NCBI GenBank assembly: GCA_964473825.1
Contig: CAYYQL010000001.1
Span: 64,001 to 128,000 of the forward strand
Source: an uncultured archaeon
GTDB taxonomy: Archaea; Asgardarchaeota; Thorarchaeia; Thorarchaeales; Thorarchaeaceae
Length of the DNA: 64,000 bases
Direction: 5' to 3'
Within the stretch, counting starts at the first letter, position 1, and each line of letters begins with the position of its first letter. A program made the translations under genes and the position numbers. Of the stretch, positions 29,406 to 40,500 are shown piece after piece. Under the pieces are notes generated by a model. The model worked only from the letters and a program-made list of their open reading frames with translations. It had not been told where the DNA came from and searched no databases.

Positions 29406-29912
29406 AAGAATCCCTCACATCTGTGTTCAGACAACAGTTCTGAAATCAGACCATGGATATTTCAAGATGTAATTCACTTCATGGCTTATTAGTATAATTT
29501 GCATTGACCTCAATTCTTCCTATGGCACAGGAGACCTGTTCAGTGTATGTGTGCTCACGCGCGTCAGATGTGGTAGGTCGTACTTGAAGCATACCACTAG
29601 CTGCGCGACCATCGGAGCAAAGTGATCCGTCTATCCTTGTCCAGACAGAATGAGCATCTCTTCAGATCGTAGAGCTTTGAGTAATATAGGAGCCACCCCG
29701 AATGACGTGAAGGGCCAGTATGGCATTCCGCAATTATGATTCACTCAATCAATAGCAAGAACCAGAGCAATCACAAAGACTGCATCCCCACCTTTGTGGA
29801 TTTGCCAAGACTCTGAATGTGCCTTTGGCCGCTTCCCACTAGATTTATTCTTAAGGTCGTGCTTCGTCTAACACCTTACAGCAAGCCAAGCTAACCGGAC
29901 CGTGTATCCTCT

Positions 29913-31016
29913 ATGCCAACCAGTGAGAATATTGAGCTGTTCCGTTCTCTCATCCAAGGAACCAATGACCTTATCCATAGTGTCCGTCCAGATGGATCAA
30001 TAGAGTTCGTCAATGCAGCGTGGCTCAATGCTCTAGGGTATTCTCAGGACGAAGTCACAGATCTGCATCTCAGAGACATCATCTATGCAGACTCTTTGGA
30101 ACACTACACGGATATCCTAGAGAGCGCAATGTCCGGGGAGGTGAAGACCAATGTCCGAGCTACGCTTGTTGCAAAAAACGGCGATAGAATCTATGTTCAG
30201 GGCAATATATTCCCCCGACTCGATGATGGCGAGGTTGTTGCTGCTCAAGGTTTCTACCGAGACATAACGCAGCAGGTTAGGTCTAAACAAGAGCTTAAAG
30301 AGGAGCGCCAACGGACAGAATTCATAATTGACCTTATGACCCATGACTTGACAAATATCAACCAAGAGGTGTTGTCCACTCTTGAACTCCTGCTTCATGC
30401 CCCTCAATTTCCTGATGAATTCAAGTCATTTGTGGAAGGAGGATTGAATGAAGTCGAACGTGCGGCTCATATCATATCGAATATGAAGAAGATATCTTTA
30501 GTTGAACGCAAATCTCCAGAAGCCGCAGCAAGGAACCTGCAAGAAGCCATTCAAACTGCAGCCGAAGAAGTCCGTGAAGATTTTCCTGAGAAGGATCTGG
30601 AGATTCAGGTGGATGTTACTCCCCCTGACATAACTGTTCTGGCCGACCGATATCTCGAAGACATCTTCCATGCGCTATTCCACAATTCTATGAAGTTTGA
30701 CAGTCGGAAGAACGTCAATGTTGACGTCACGGCTGAGCCAATCAAGCACACACCATACGTCAGAATCGAGGTGGCAGACCACGGCCCCGGAATACTCGAT
30801 GAAAGCAAGGACGACATTTTCGCAACGCTTGAACACAGACGAGAAGGAATAACAGGGCTTGGTCTCGGGTTGACCCTCGTAAAGAGCATCGTGAAGAACT
30901 ATGGTGGTAACATCCAAGCAGAGGACAGAGTTGAAGGAGACTTCTCTAAAGGAGTGAAGATTGTCCTGATTCTTCGTCAACCACAGGACATCGCAGTTCA
31001 AGGAGGGAAACAGTAA
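29913..31016 (+). CDS. PAS-domain sensor histidine kinase, paralogue of 2715..3803
   Basis: GTNDLIHSV.PDGS.EFVN, HDLTNINQE, HNSMKFD, DHGPGI, GLGLGLTLVK shared with the paralogue. Confidence 0.95.
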   Translation: MPTSENIELFRSLIQGTNDLIHSVRPDGSIEFVNAAWLNALGYSQDEVTDLHLRDIIYADSLEHYTDILESAMSGEVKTNVRATLVAKNGDRIYVQGNIFPRLDDGEVVAAQGFYRDITQQVRSKQELKEERQRTEFIIDLMTHDLTNINQEVLSTLELLLHAPQFPDEFKSFVEGGLNEVERAAHIISNMKKISLVERKSPEAAARNLQEAIQTAAEEVREDFPEKDLEIQVDVTPPDITVLADRYLEDIFHALFHNSMKFDSRKNVNVDVTAEPIKHTPYVRIEVADHGPGILDESKDDIFATLEHRREGITGLGLGLTLVKSIVKNYGGNIQAEDRVEGDFSKGVKIVLILRQPQDIAVQGGKQ

Positions 31017-31372
31017 TGGCATCCATTCTCATAGTTGACGACGACGAGTTCATTCACAAGGTCTTGGACCGTATCCTGTCATTCGGAGGACACAACGTAG
31101 TAGGACATGCATTCAACGGAGCAGAAGCCGTTGAGCAGTACACTCAGCTCGACCAGAAGCCCGATATCATACTGATGGACCATCGAATGCCTGTGATGAA
31201 CGGGACCATAGCAACACGTGAGATTCTTCATCAAGATCCTCAGGCCAGAATGGTGTTTTTGAGTGCAGATGAAACAGTCAGGGACGAGGCTCTTGAAGCA
31301 GGCGCCTTAGCGTTCTTGGTCAAACCAGTTCGTGCTAACACTCTGTTCGAAGCTATAAAGAGAATGATATGA
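31016..31372 (+). CDS. Stand-alone receiver protein, paralogue of 2344..2712
   Basis: IVDDD, ILMDHRMPVMNG, FLSAD, KP; TAATG stop/start overlap with the kinase. Confidence 0.95.
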   Translation: MASILIVDDDEFIHKVLDRILSFGGHNVVGHAFNGAEAVEQYTQLDQKPDIILMDHRMPVMNGTIATREILHQDPQARMVFLSADETVRDEALEAGALAFLVKPVRANTLFEAIKRMI

Positions 31373-31430
31373 TATCACAGTGTTGGTGTTGCTGATGCCT
31401 ATCTTGACTGCATTTCAAAGGAGCTGAAAC

Positions 31431-32531
31431 TCAGGTCACCCATTCCCTGATGGGCAGTCTTATTTGGAAGGCAGCTCCTGAGGGACCATCGTTATTGATG
31501 AGTCTAATAGTGCCACCAATCCCCACAACTATCTGCTTCGATAAGTACAGCCCCAATCCTGAGCCAGAAGTTGTCACTCCCCTCTGAAATAGATCGTCAC
31601 GTATCTCTTCAGCAACCCCGGGCCCGTCATCAGAAACTACAATCTCCAGCCAGTCATCTGTTGTGGCCGCATCGATAGTCACATTTGGTTGGTCACCCGC
31701 ATATCTAGCAGCATTTCTTAGCAAATTATCAAAGACTGCCGGCAGAAGTCTGCTCACAGGAACTTGGGCCCTGCCCACCGAGTCATCTACATTCACATGA
31801 ACAGTGAGGTTCCTGTAAGTTTCTTCAGCCTTTGCTGCGACTTCGGGTAGCCACTCCTCAATACTCCCTTCGATTGCAAGCTGGGATTCACCAAGTGCTG
31901 AGATGAGAGCCAGCACTCTCTCACAGACGGCCTCTGTTGAGTCGATCACTCCATGCATCTCCCTGTCCTCTTCGTCGAGCAACATCCGTGCCAAATCTAT
32001 GTTGCTCAGAATAACGCCCAAGTCGTTACGGACATCATGGCGCAGCAGTGAGGTGAAGATACCAAGTTCTCTATGTTGCTGAGCTCGCGAGAGTATCAAG
32101 TCTTTTCTGCTCACAAATGCTGATACGTCATGTGCAACTGCATCCAGGAAGAAGACCTGTTCTTCTACGAGTCTTCTTGGATACTGTTCGGATTCAGCGG
32201 ACATGTAGCATACCTGAATGTGCCCACGCTTACTACCTCGAACCTCTATGTCACAAGATATGCACAGATCAGTCTCAACAAATCCCTCCGTTGACCACTC
32301 ATCATCATCCAGTCGGAGTTTCGCTGTGCTCATCGAAGGGTCGTGCCACCCTTCGGGAATAAGATGTACTAACTCATAGAAGATATCAGACACAGGTTTC
32401 TCGATGTCTGAGAGGACTCGGGATATGTTTCGAAGGCACACAACTTGGTGAGCAATTCCTTCTAGCTTAAGGATTCTTGTTCTGAGTTCCTGCGTTTCAC
32501 TGTCGAGCGAACTCGTATCAGGAATCTTCAA
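31431..32531 (-). CDS. GAF-like-domain sensor histidine kinase
   Basis: HDVRND, NLLRNAARY, DDGPGV, GSGLGLYL; N-terminal CL..IS....P.GW.P module. Confidence 0.92.
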   Translation of the reverse strand: MKIPDTSSLDSETQELRTRILKLEGIAHQVVCLRNISRVLSDIEKPVSDIFYELVHLIPEGWHDPSMSTAKLRLDDDEWSTEGFVETDLCISCDIEVRGSKRGHIQVCYMSAESEQYPRRLVEEQVFFLDAVAHDVSAFVSRKDLILSRAQQHRELGIFTSLLRHDVRNDLGVILSNIDLARMLLDEEDREMHGVIDSTEAVCERVLALISALGESQLAIEGSIEEWLPEVAAKAEETYRNLTVHVNVDDSVGRAQVPVSRLLPAVFDNLLRNAARYAGDQPNVTIDAATTDDWLEIVVSDDGPGVAEEIRDDLFQRGVTTSGSGLGLYLSKQIVVGIGGTIRLINNDGPSGAAFQIRLPIREWVT

Positions 32532-32996
32532 GGCTTACATATCTCCCTAGGTGAGGATTTGTTCGATGTGGTTGAGGGCATGCGATTTATGATATCCAAA
32601 GCCTCTCGGCAACTCGTTACCATTTTAGCAACCGATTCCATCAATAAGAATATTTCCAATGAAGGGACCGAGCGTTGCTAGAGCGACAAATCCTGCTTTC
32701 CCATCTTGGGCCAAGCATCACACCAAGAATAACTAAATACCATTGCCAAGTAATCTATTCTCACTACTGAGCAACATGTCAATACGTTCCTCAATTGCTG
32801 GCGAATTGAGAATGGACAGCCTTCAAAATTGCCCTCACTGAGAGCAGGAAGGTGCAGTGTTCGACAGTTGTTGAGCAGTAGTGACTCAGGTTTCACGTGT
32901 AGACAGAAGGGAACTGGAGGGAGGATCACGGCTCCACAAAAGGAAGAATCCAGCACGGACGGAATAGAATCAGAAGTAAATCCTTCAGGGTCAGAC

Positions 32997-34220
32997 ATGA
33001 CTGTTGCAATCGAGAACAACGAGAAAGTCTTGTTCCTTCTGAACAAGTTCACAGGTGTCGCACCGTATTCACACGAATTCCAGCTTGAAGGACTCGACCC
33101 GCAGCTGTTATCTGGTTTTGTCGGAGCCATGGGCAGTTTTCTAGGCGAATTTGCAGGTTCAGAGGAATCAACGTGGACGACGGCATATGGGAGCGACAGC
33201 ACCTTTGTTGTCGAAGTGGGCAAGTGGGTTGTTGGGGTCTTGGCCGTTTCCAGAGAAACCTCAAGACTGAGAAGTCAGTTACGAAGCATTGTACGAGAGT
33301 TCGAGCAGACGTTTGGAGCCTTGAAAGATGCTGATGGTTTAGAGGGCCATGTATTCGAGCAATTCGACCAGTTCGTACGAAGAGTATTCACGGAGGAGCT
33401 GATAACACCCAAGTCGCTGGTGTTCCGCAAGAGGAAACGGCACGAGGATCTGTTTGTGTCGCTTGATAGCCCGATGCAGTCATACCAGTTGACAAAGATT
33501 CTACTGTATCTCAAAGATGGAAAATCGGTTGCAGAGATATCAAGGTCAACAGAGATTCCCGAGAAAGCTGTCGAGCAGCTTCTTTCGCATGCATATTGGC
33601 AGAACATCGTCCATGTAAGATACGTACCGAGTGAAGGTGATATCCTTCAACTCTCAGAAAAAGCCTTGGGAAGAATATTCAATCCTGAAAATCCACTTTG
33701 CATCTCACACGTAGCCCGCGTGTTGCTTGCTTCATTAGACGGACGCACGACTCTCGGTTCTTTATTTCCCAAAGCAATAGAAGCCGAAAGAGAAGGGGTC
33801 CTTCGAGAGATTGGGAAGCTAATTTCGACGGGCTACGTGACTCGAATCCCTATCGAACAGAAACTGCTACTTGTCGACGAGTGCGTGTTGACACGATTCG
33901 GACGTGCCTGTTCCGACCTCCTCGACGGAAAGCGCATTGTTGAGTGTATCAAGAAGGAGATTGCAGAGAGCGCGGCCCAGCATCCTTGGCTCTTACGAGT
34001 GAATGTAGGAGACGATCTCAGAATTATCTGCGACTTGGGAGATATCATGAGCCCGGCCGAGTTCAATTGGGCTTCGGATGCTCTCGAGCATCTGCAAACA
34101 AAAGTCTTCGATAGAATATCAGCGAAACTCACAAGACGGAACGCGAAGGATATTCTTCTCTACGCCCGAAAGCACTGTCAAGAGGATTGGATGCCTGAGT
34201 TATGTGAGGGTCTGTTCTAA
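32997..34220 (+). CDS. Longin-domain protein with two winged-helix repeats (NPRL2-like architecture); start uncertain
   Basis: LFLLNKFTGVAPYS..F....DPQLLSGFVGAM..F..E longin pattern; ILLYLKDGKSVAEIS and LLASLDGRTTLGSL wHTH-like segments. Confidence 0.75.
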   Translation: MTVAIENNEKVLFLLNKFTGVAPYSHEFQLEGLDPQLLSGFVGAMGSFLGEFAGSEESTWTTAYGSDSTFVVEVGKWVVGVLAVSRETSRLRSQLRSIVREFEQTFGALKDADGLEGHVFEQFDQFVRRVFTEELITPKSLVFRKRKRHEDLFVSLDSPMQSYQLTKILLYLKDGKSVAEISRSTEIPEKAVEQLLSHAYWQNIVHVRYVPSEGDILQLSEKALGRIFNPENPLCISHVARVLLASLDGRTTLGSLFPKAIEAEREGVLREIGKLISTGYVTRIPIEQKLLLVDECVLTRFGRACSDLLDGKRIVECIKKEIAESAAQHPWLLRVNVGDDLRIICDLGDIMSPAEFNWASDALEHLQTKVFDRISAKLTRRNAKDILLYARKHCQEDWMPELCEGLF

Positions 34221-34298
34221 ACGAACGCATGGAAGCAGCCGTTCGTCCTTCTATCGAAATGACCAGTGAGGTATTCATCCGCGATGCGCTGGCGCATA

Positions 34299-34502
34299 TC
34301 ACTCAGCAGTGTATCCGTCAAAATCCATGGCAGAAAGTAGAATGCCACCAGCTTTCTGTAGAGATACTTTATACTGATACACCCTACTACCCTCACTAAT
34401 AGAATCTACCGATGTGATTCTTCCTTCCGCCAAAGCAAGGCGAGCAGATTCTAGATACTGACCAATGTGGAGAGATGTAGGAATCTCTCCCGTCAAGGAC
34501 AT
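34299..34502 (-). CDS. Possible 67-aa hypothetical protein, third gene of the giant operon
   Basis: ATG 4 nt after the FG-GAP gene stop; no recognisable motif. Confidence 0.25.
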   Translation of the reverse strand: MSLTGEIPTSLHIGQYLESARLALAEGRITSVDSISEGSRVYQYKVSLQKAGGILLSAMDFDGYTAE

Positions 34503-34506
34503 CTTC

Positions 34507-37500
34507 CTACTTCTTCCTCCGCTTCCTGTAGCCCTGCAACGGAACTACGACAACCGCGAATAATATCGGAACTCCAATGAACGAACCAACAAGGATGGAG
34601 TCGATGAGCGGTCCGAGCCCGCTTGGCGACGGTGGTGCAGGCGGAATCGGTGCAGGCAGTGTGTGTGCCACAACATAGACATGATCTCCACCGTAGCACA
34701 GGACATCCCTGCCATTCATGTCATAGAACCGTCCCACGATAGGATCGTGGTTGGCACCTAGGTCGTCTCTCCAGTAGTGCCACAACAGCCTTCCGGTCTC
34801 TCCGTCAACAACGTTGATATATTCCCTGTTTGTCAACACAAGGTCATCCCATGTGTCACCGTTCATGTCCGCGCAGACAATCTTCGTGTCCTTCCCGCCC
34901 AAGACCAGTGGGGCGTTATACTTCCAGACCTGCGTTCCAGCAGCATTGTAGCCCACTGCTCCTATTCGTTCAACGTTGATGATGACTTCTTCTGAGCCAT
35001 CATTATTGTAGACATCACCCACAGCAATGTCCCGCACGTGACCCGTCGGAAAGGCAATCGTGGGACCGCCTCCACCTATCGTGTCTAGGAGGTGGACATC
35101 GTAGGATGAATCCATTACAATAAGACGGTCATTGGAACCACCTGTGAGATTCCCTGTGAGAAGTCGGTACGTGGATGATGGACCAATGGCCCCATCTAGA
35201 CTACCGTCATCTCCATTGTAGATCCGTGGTCGTGTACCCGACGCACCGAAGACAACATCGAGCGAGCCATCGCCAGAGAGCCGTCCCATAACGAAGTGCC
35301 AAGATGAATATGACGATGTATAGCCATCTGCAAATGTGTTGTATAGCTCGTTCCCAGCCTCGTCGTACCACGCGACATATACATTCGAACCGCCCGACAC
35401 GCGTCTTTTCAGGACAGCAATCTCGTCATAGTCATCTCCGACCGCCGTGTCGAAGTTGCCAACAAGAAGGCCGCTTATTTCATAGCTATCGCCAGCGTAG
35501 ATCTCTGTCACGTTGGCACCAGTCAGACCATCAACAACGAGGACATCTCGCAGGCCGTACCAGATAGCCACATCCTTGTGTCCATAGCCATCTATGTATC
35601 CCGTCTGCACACCTTGAACCTTGCTATTGAACGAGATATTCCACACAGGATTGGCATTGGATCCCTCCAAGAGTAGAACACTGTACCCAGACGCTGTCCT
35701 CTGGGCGACAAGCACCTCATCTACATAATCGCCAACGACATCATCTACCCAAGCGTTGTAGACGCCAGGAATCTCAGCGTCCCAGTAGATCTCATGGTTC
35801 TCATAGGCAGCCTCTTCTGCTGCCTCAGTCGGGAGCACAGCCTGACACGCGACAAGGTCTTCATTCTCGACATCCCAAGCGACAATCGAGTCATACTCGC
35901 TGCCGGGAAACCGAGCCGCAACGACCTCGGTCAAAAGACCGTCAGAGTAGTTGAACCACTTCGGAATCCCGTTCTTTCCGTCCAGTGCAAGCATGATGCT
36001 CTCATTGAATGTAGTTCCACCAGCAACGATGATATCGTAATCACCTGTTCCACCGATATGTCCGACATCAGCAGCTATTGTGAACCAGGTTGAATCTGGC
36101 TCATAGTGCCACTGGGTGACACCCGACTTTACCTCTTCAAGATATACACCGTTCTCAAGAGTCAGCGCCAGAATCTCGGTTGTTCCGTCACCATCAAAGT
36201 CCTCGACGAAGAGATTCAGTATTGTTCCCATCTGAGTCGAATTGTAGTAGATAGAGCCATTGTGGATGTCGGCGACGCGGATATTATCCCATGAGAAGAT
36301 GATGTCATCAAAACCATCATCGTTGAAGTCATGCATTCGAAAGCGACTCCACGGAAACGCTGTGCTAGCAGGACTCTGATAGAAGACGGTGCCATTCAGG
36401 GGGTTTATCACATAGAGTTCTGAACTTGCGGAGATAGCGGCTAGTTGCGGACTATCTGCTTCAGTGAAGTTGCCAATGGCTAGCTGATATGGAATTGTAC
36501 CAGTGACGTTCCAGAGATAGCGCAGACTTCCTGAAACATTCAACACGAATAGACCGCCCAGTCTGTCGCCCATCACAATCTCGGGAATCGCATCACCCTC
36601 TAAGTTTCCTGTCGTGACGCTGTAGATATCATCAGTTGAGCCATTATAGCTCCAGAGATACCCGCCTGTGGTGATGTCCAAGACATACAGATTCGTGTCA
36701 TCAGAACCAGCAAGTATCTCGGGTACCGTATCATTATTCAGGTCTGATAACAGGATGCAGTTGAAGCCATCGCCTGCGTCAGTATTCTCCCAGAACAGAC
36801 TGCCATTTGGATGGTATGCAGCCACTCGTCCGATATCAGGATTCACTGTGAATATCTCATCGTAGCCATCTCCATCGACGTCGTAGACATCGATGAGGTC
36901 AGTCCAGTACATTAGGGCAGCATTGCCGTCGGTGGATGTCGTCCATAATTGCTCGGAGTACCAGAGCTCGACAGCTCCCTCGGAAGGATCAATATACTCC
37001 CAGATATAGACGTCGCCACGTTCTGTCGCAATGCCAATCTCGTCCCAGCCGTTTCCGTTCGTATCATAGACCGTGAGGCCCGTGACTGAGTTGTCGAATG
37101 GCTTGGAAAGCCAGGCCTCCTCGTAGGTCATGAAGCCTGTCCCATTTGTGGAGTGCTTCATCTCGTACACCGCGACTTGGTTGTCAAAGCCAACGACTAC
37201 CTCTCTCCGTCCGTCTGCATCGGTGTCTCCGGTATCGAGGTCAACCACCTCTCGCAGATGATTCATCGTCCAGTCAGACTGCGGATTGATGCCATAGACT
37301 ATGTCATGAAAGGTGTACCAGAAAGCATAGTCGCCAATCAATCCTGCAGGATAGAAGACAGCAAATGAGAACGTACACGTATAGATAAACCCTGAATCTT
37401 TCGCTGGTATTAGATCGGGAGAGAACGCAGACAGCTTATAGATTGGCCAAGGAGAGCTTCCCCAGGAATAGTGTATGTACCCGCTTGGCATCTCAGTCCG

Positions 37501-40500
37501 CACAATATACTCTGGAATTGTGTTCATGGTATTCTCGTAGTTCCATTCTCTGCCCAGAGTGGTGCTTGAAACCATACCGATACGGTCCTCTAATGATACG
37601 CCGATACTCTCGTAGATCACCATGAGAGCCCGTTCCCCTGACCTGGACTGTTCGATATCCACAAACATCTCATCGTCGTAAGATGTTGTCGCCTGGTGGG
37701 GATTGGCTCCTGTCCAGTTGAAGTTCGAGTCATCGTCGCATACGACTACCCAGACATCGGTGTCTGCCTTCGCAGAGCGCGTATAGACTGCCGACATTGC
37801 AATGGCAAACGAGAAGTTGCCATCAGCATCATCATCATAGAGCCTGACGATATCCACATCGTGTGCTTGGAAATAACTTCTGTCATTGAAGGACAGAGGC
37901 ATCCAAGTCCAAGAACCTGACAGGTCATCTGGACGAATGTAGCAACCCAGACCCCCGTAGGTATAGGTGCCAGGAAAGATTGGGCTATAGCTGTCATACA
38001 TGTAGACCAGTCCAACATGACTCGAGTTGAGCTGGAATACACTGGGATAGTATCGGTGTGTCCAACCCAGTCCTGAGAAGTCCTGCAAGAGGGTTATGCT
38101 GTTCCAGCCCACGCCTATGGTCCCCCACGCCAGCGCCAAGTATCGAGTGCCACCGCTGTCCTCTGCCTCCCAAGCAATGTAGATGTTGCCTTCCTCCGTG
38201 ATGACCATCGTCGGTCGAGTTTCCTTCACAATCGGACTTGAGTTCCCGCTGTAGGTAAGGCCGGCACCTCGAACGAACGGCGCTCCTGGCCACCATGTAT
38301 CCATTGGTTCCAGGTAAATCTTCATCCAGATCTCTGTCGAGTTCTCGTAGACCATCCAGATGTAATTCTCGTAATCCCCGGTACCCCGAGCCATATCCTT
38401 GATGGACCGCTCCGTGTTGACTGAGTCTAGAGCACCGTCTCCACTCACACCGAGAGACCTCAACGGAACCTTCGGATAATTGGGCGACGAGGTCACGTAC
38501 TCAACCTTCTGGTAGGTAGAATCGGTACCGGGAACCCACTCCCACATATCGAATCCATAAGTATGACCGATGATAATCTCCTGAGCTCCATCATAGTCCT
38601 GGTCGTCAAGCTTGATGACATTGACCGGGTTCCAGTAGGTCACCTCAGTCGGAGCCTCCCACACCTTGTAGAAGGTGCCGCCCTGACATTCATAGATATG
38701 AGCGAATCCATTGGGACGTTTAAGTCGCACATCCTCTGTCCCGCCAAGAATGACTTCTTTGTATCCGTCCTCATCTGTATCACAAAGCATCAACGTGTTG
38801 ATCTGATAGTATCTAAACTCCGTATACTCAGGATTTCCAACAAGGAAGTATCTACCTTCCAGCGATGGGCTCGTTACGAAGAACTCTCGGTCCTCCATAT
38901 CCTCGAAGGTCCCTTCAGGAATATTGTAGATGAACAGGTAGGGTCCTGCGGCAACGGCCAGCTCCAGCTCTCCGTTGTAGTCCAGGTCGTCACCGGCCGC
39001 CATCGCGGTGATCTTGCTGACATAGTCCCACGCGGGTCGACCATTCCAAGCTGTATCTCTCAGGTCGAAAGAATAGACGAACTGCACGGCATCTCCACCA
39101 TATAGACCCACCTCCTCGAAGACATAGACCTGTAGATTGGCGGCCACGATGATCTCTCTCAGACCATCTTGGTCTAGGTCAACACCGGCAACCAAGTGCT
39201 CTGCATGGTCCCAAATCCGGCGGTTGAAATCACCGGAGATTCCCTCGAGCTCCTCATAGAGATAGGGCGAAACATCTGTCGTTTCAGTATGGTTTAGATC
39301 GAAGGAACGGAACATCCGCTTGTAGGTGTTGTTGGCAAGGTGTTCGAATGCGTAGACATTGTTGTCATAATCTCCTACGATGAGCTCACCTTTTCCATCG
39401 TTGTCGACATCTGCTGACGTGATAGCCAAGGTCCAGTCCTTGAGGTCGGCATCGTTACTCCATGATTCGTGTACATGGAAGCCTATGTTGATATGTGCCT
39501 TGAAACCATCGACTGCATTGCTCATCAGATTGAAATCGAGTTGAGCCACTCTTGGATAACTCGCAACAACATAGCTCTCTGTGGTATCGAACTCAGGAGT
39601 CGCCCAGGCGATTCTCTGGTTCCATGGTCTATATCCGGCTAGGGTCCAGTCGAAATCCATTTCCCAGCCGTTCAGTTCGTACCAGCGCTCCATGGTATAG
39701 CCAGAGTAGTAGCCTCCGAACTTCGGCACTATGCGTACATCTGTGAAGTTCTGGTACTTCATGTTGGTTTCAGGATTGGGATTGGACATGACCTTCTTGT
39801 CTTCGACCCATACCGGATTCTCTGTCGTACCTTCATTGATCCAGCAAGTTGCACCATTACTGTTTGCATAACTTAGAATCAGGTCCATGTCGCCATCAGA
39901 GTCGATGTCCACCAGCTCGGGCTGACCCCAGACCTTGCTGGTATCCTTGTCATTAATGTCGTCGAAATATCCTCTCACCATCGTGAAGTTAAGGGTCTGA
40001 TCTGGGCCCTCGGTCTCCATCCACATATTACGAGCCATGTACAAATATCCATTGGATACCACAAAGTCAAGGTCACCGTCCTTGTCGAAGTCCGCGAAGT
40101 CCAGCTTCGGAGGAGCTCGAGCAAGATTGATCTGATCAACAAGCTCGCCTGTTGTGTCCATCTGGTAGAGATCCCTCCGCATGATGAAGTTGCTTGTGTC
40201 ATCTTCGCGGTAGTAGAACATAACTGCTGCGCGCGTAGGTGCATTAGTAAAGCTCGTCAGAGGAATGGTCTCGATGGATACATCGGGATTGAAAACGCCA
40301 AGAGCTATCATTGGATGCATAGTTTCGAGATCGTTCTGGGTGAACCATGGCGTTTCTACTGAAATATTGACCCAATCGTTCATTCCAAGCCAGGAATTGA
40401 TGCTGCTAAAGTAGCCGTCCGTTACGATGTCTATCTCTGGCATGGTGCCAGGCGGGAAGACATCGGGAACGGTGAATGCACGAATCTCCCCCTCGTTTGT

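Noticed and set aside
34507-34535. Tail QGYRKRRKK as an integrin-alpha GFFKR motif
   Set aside because: The similarity is too weak and is explained by the positive-inside rule seen in all anchors here.
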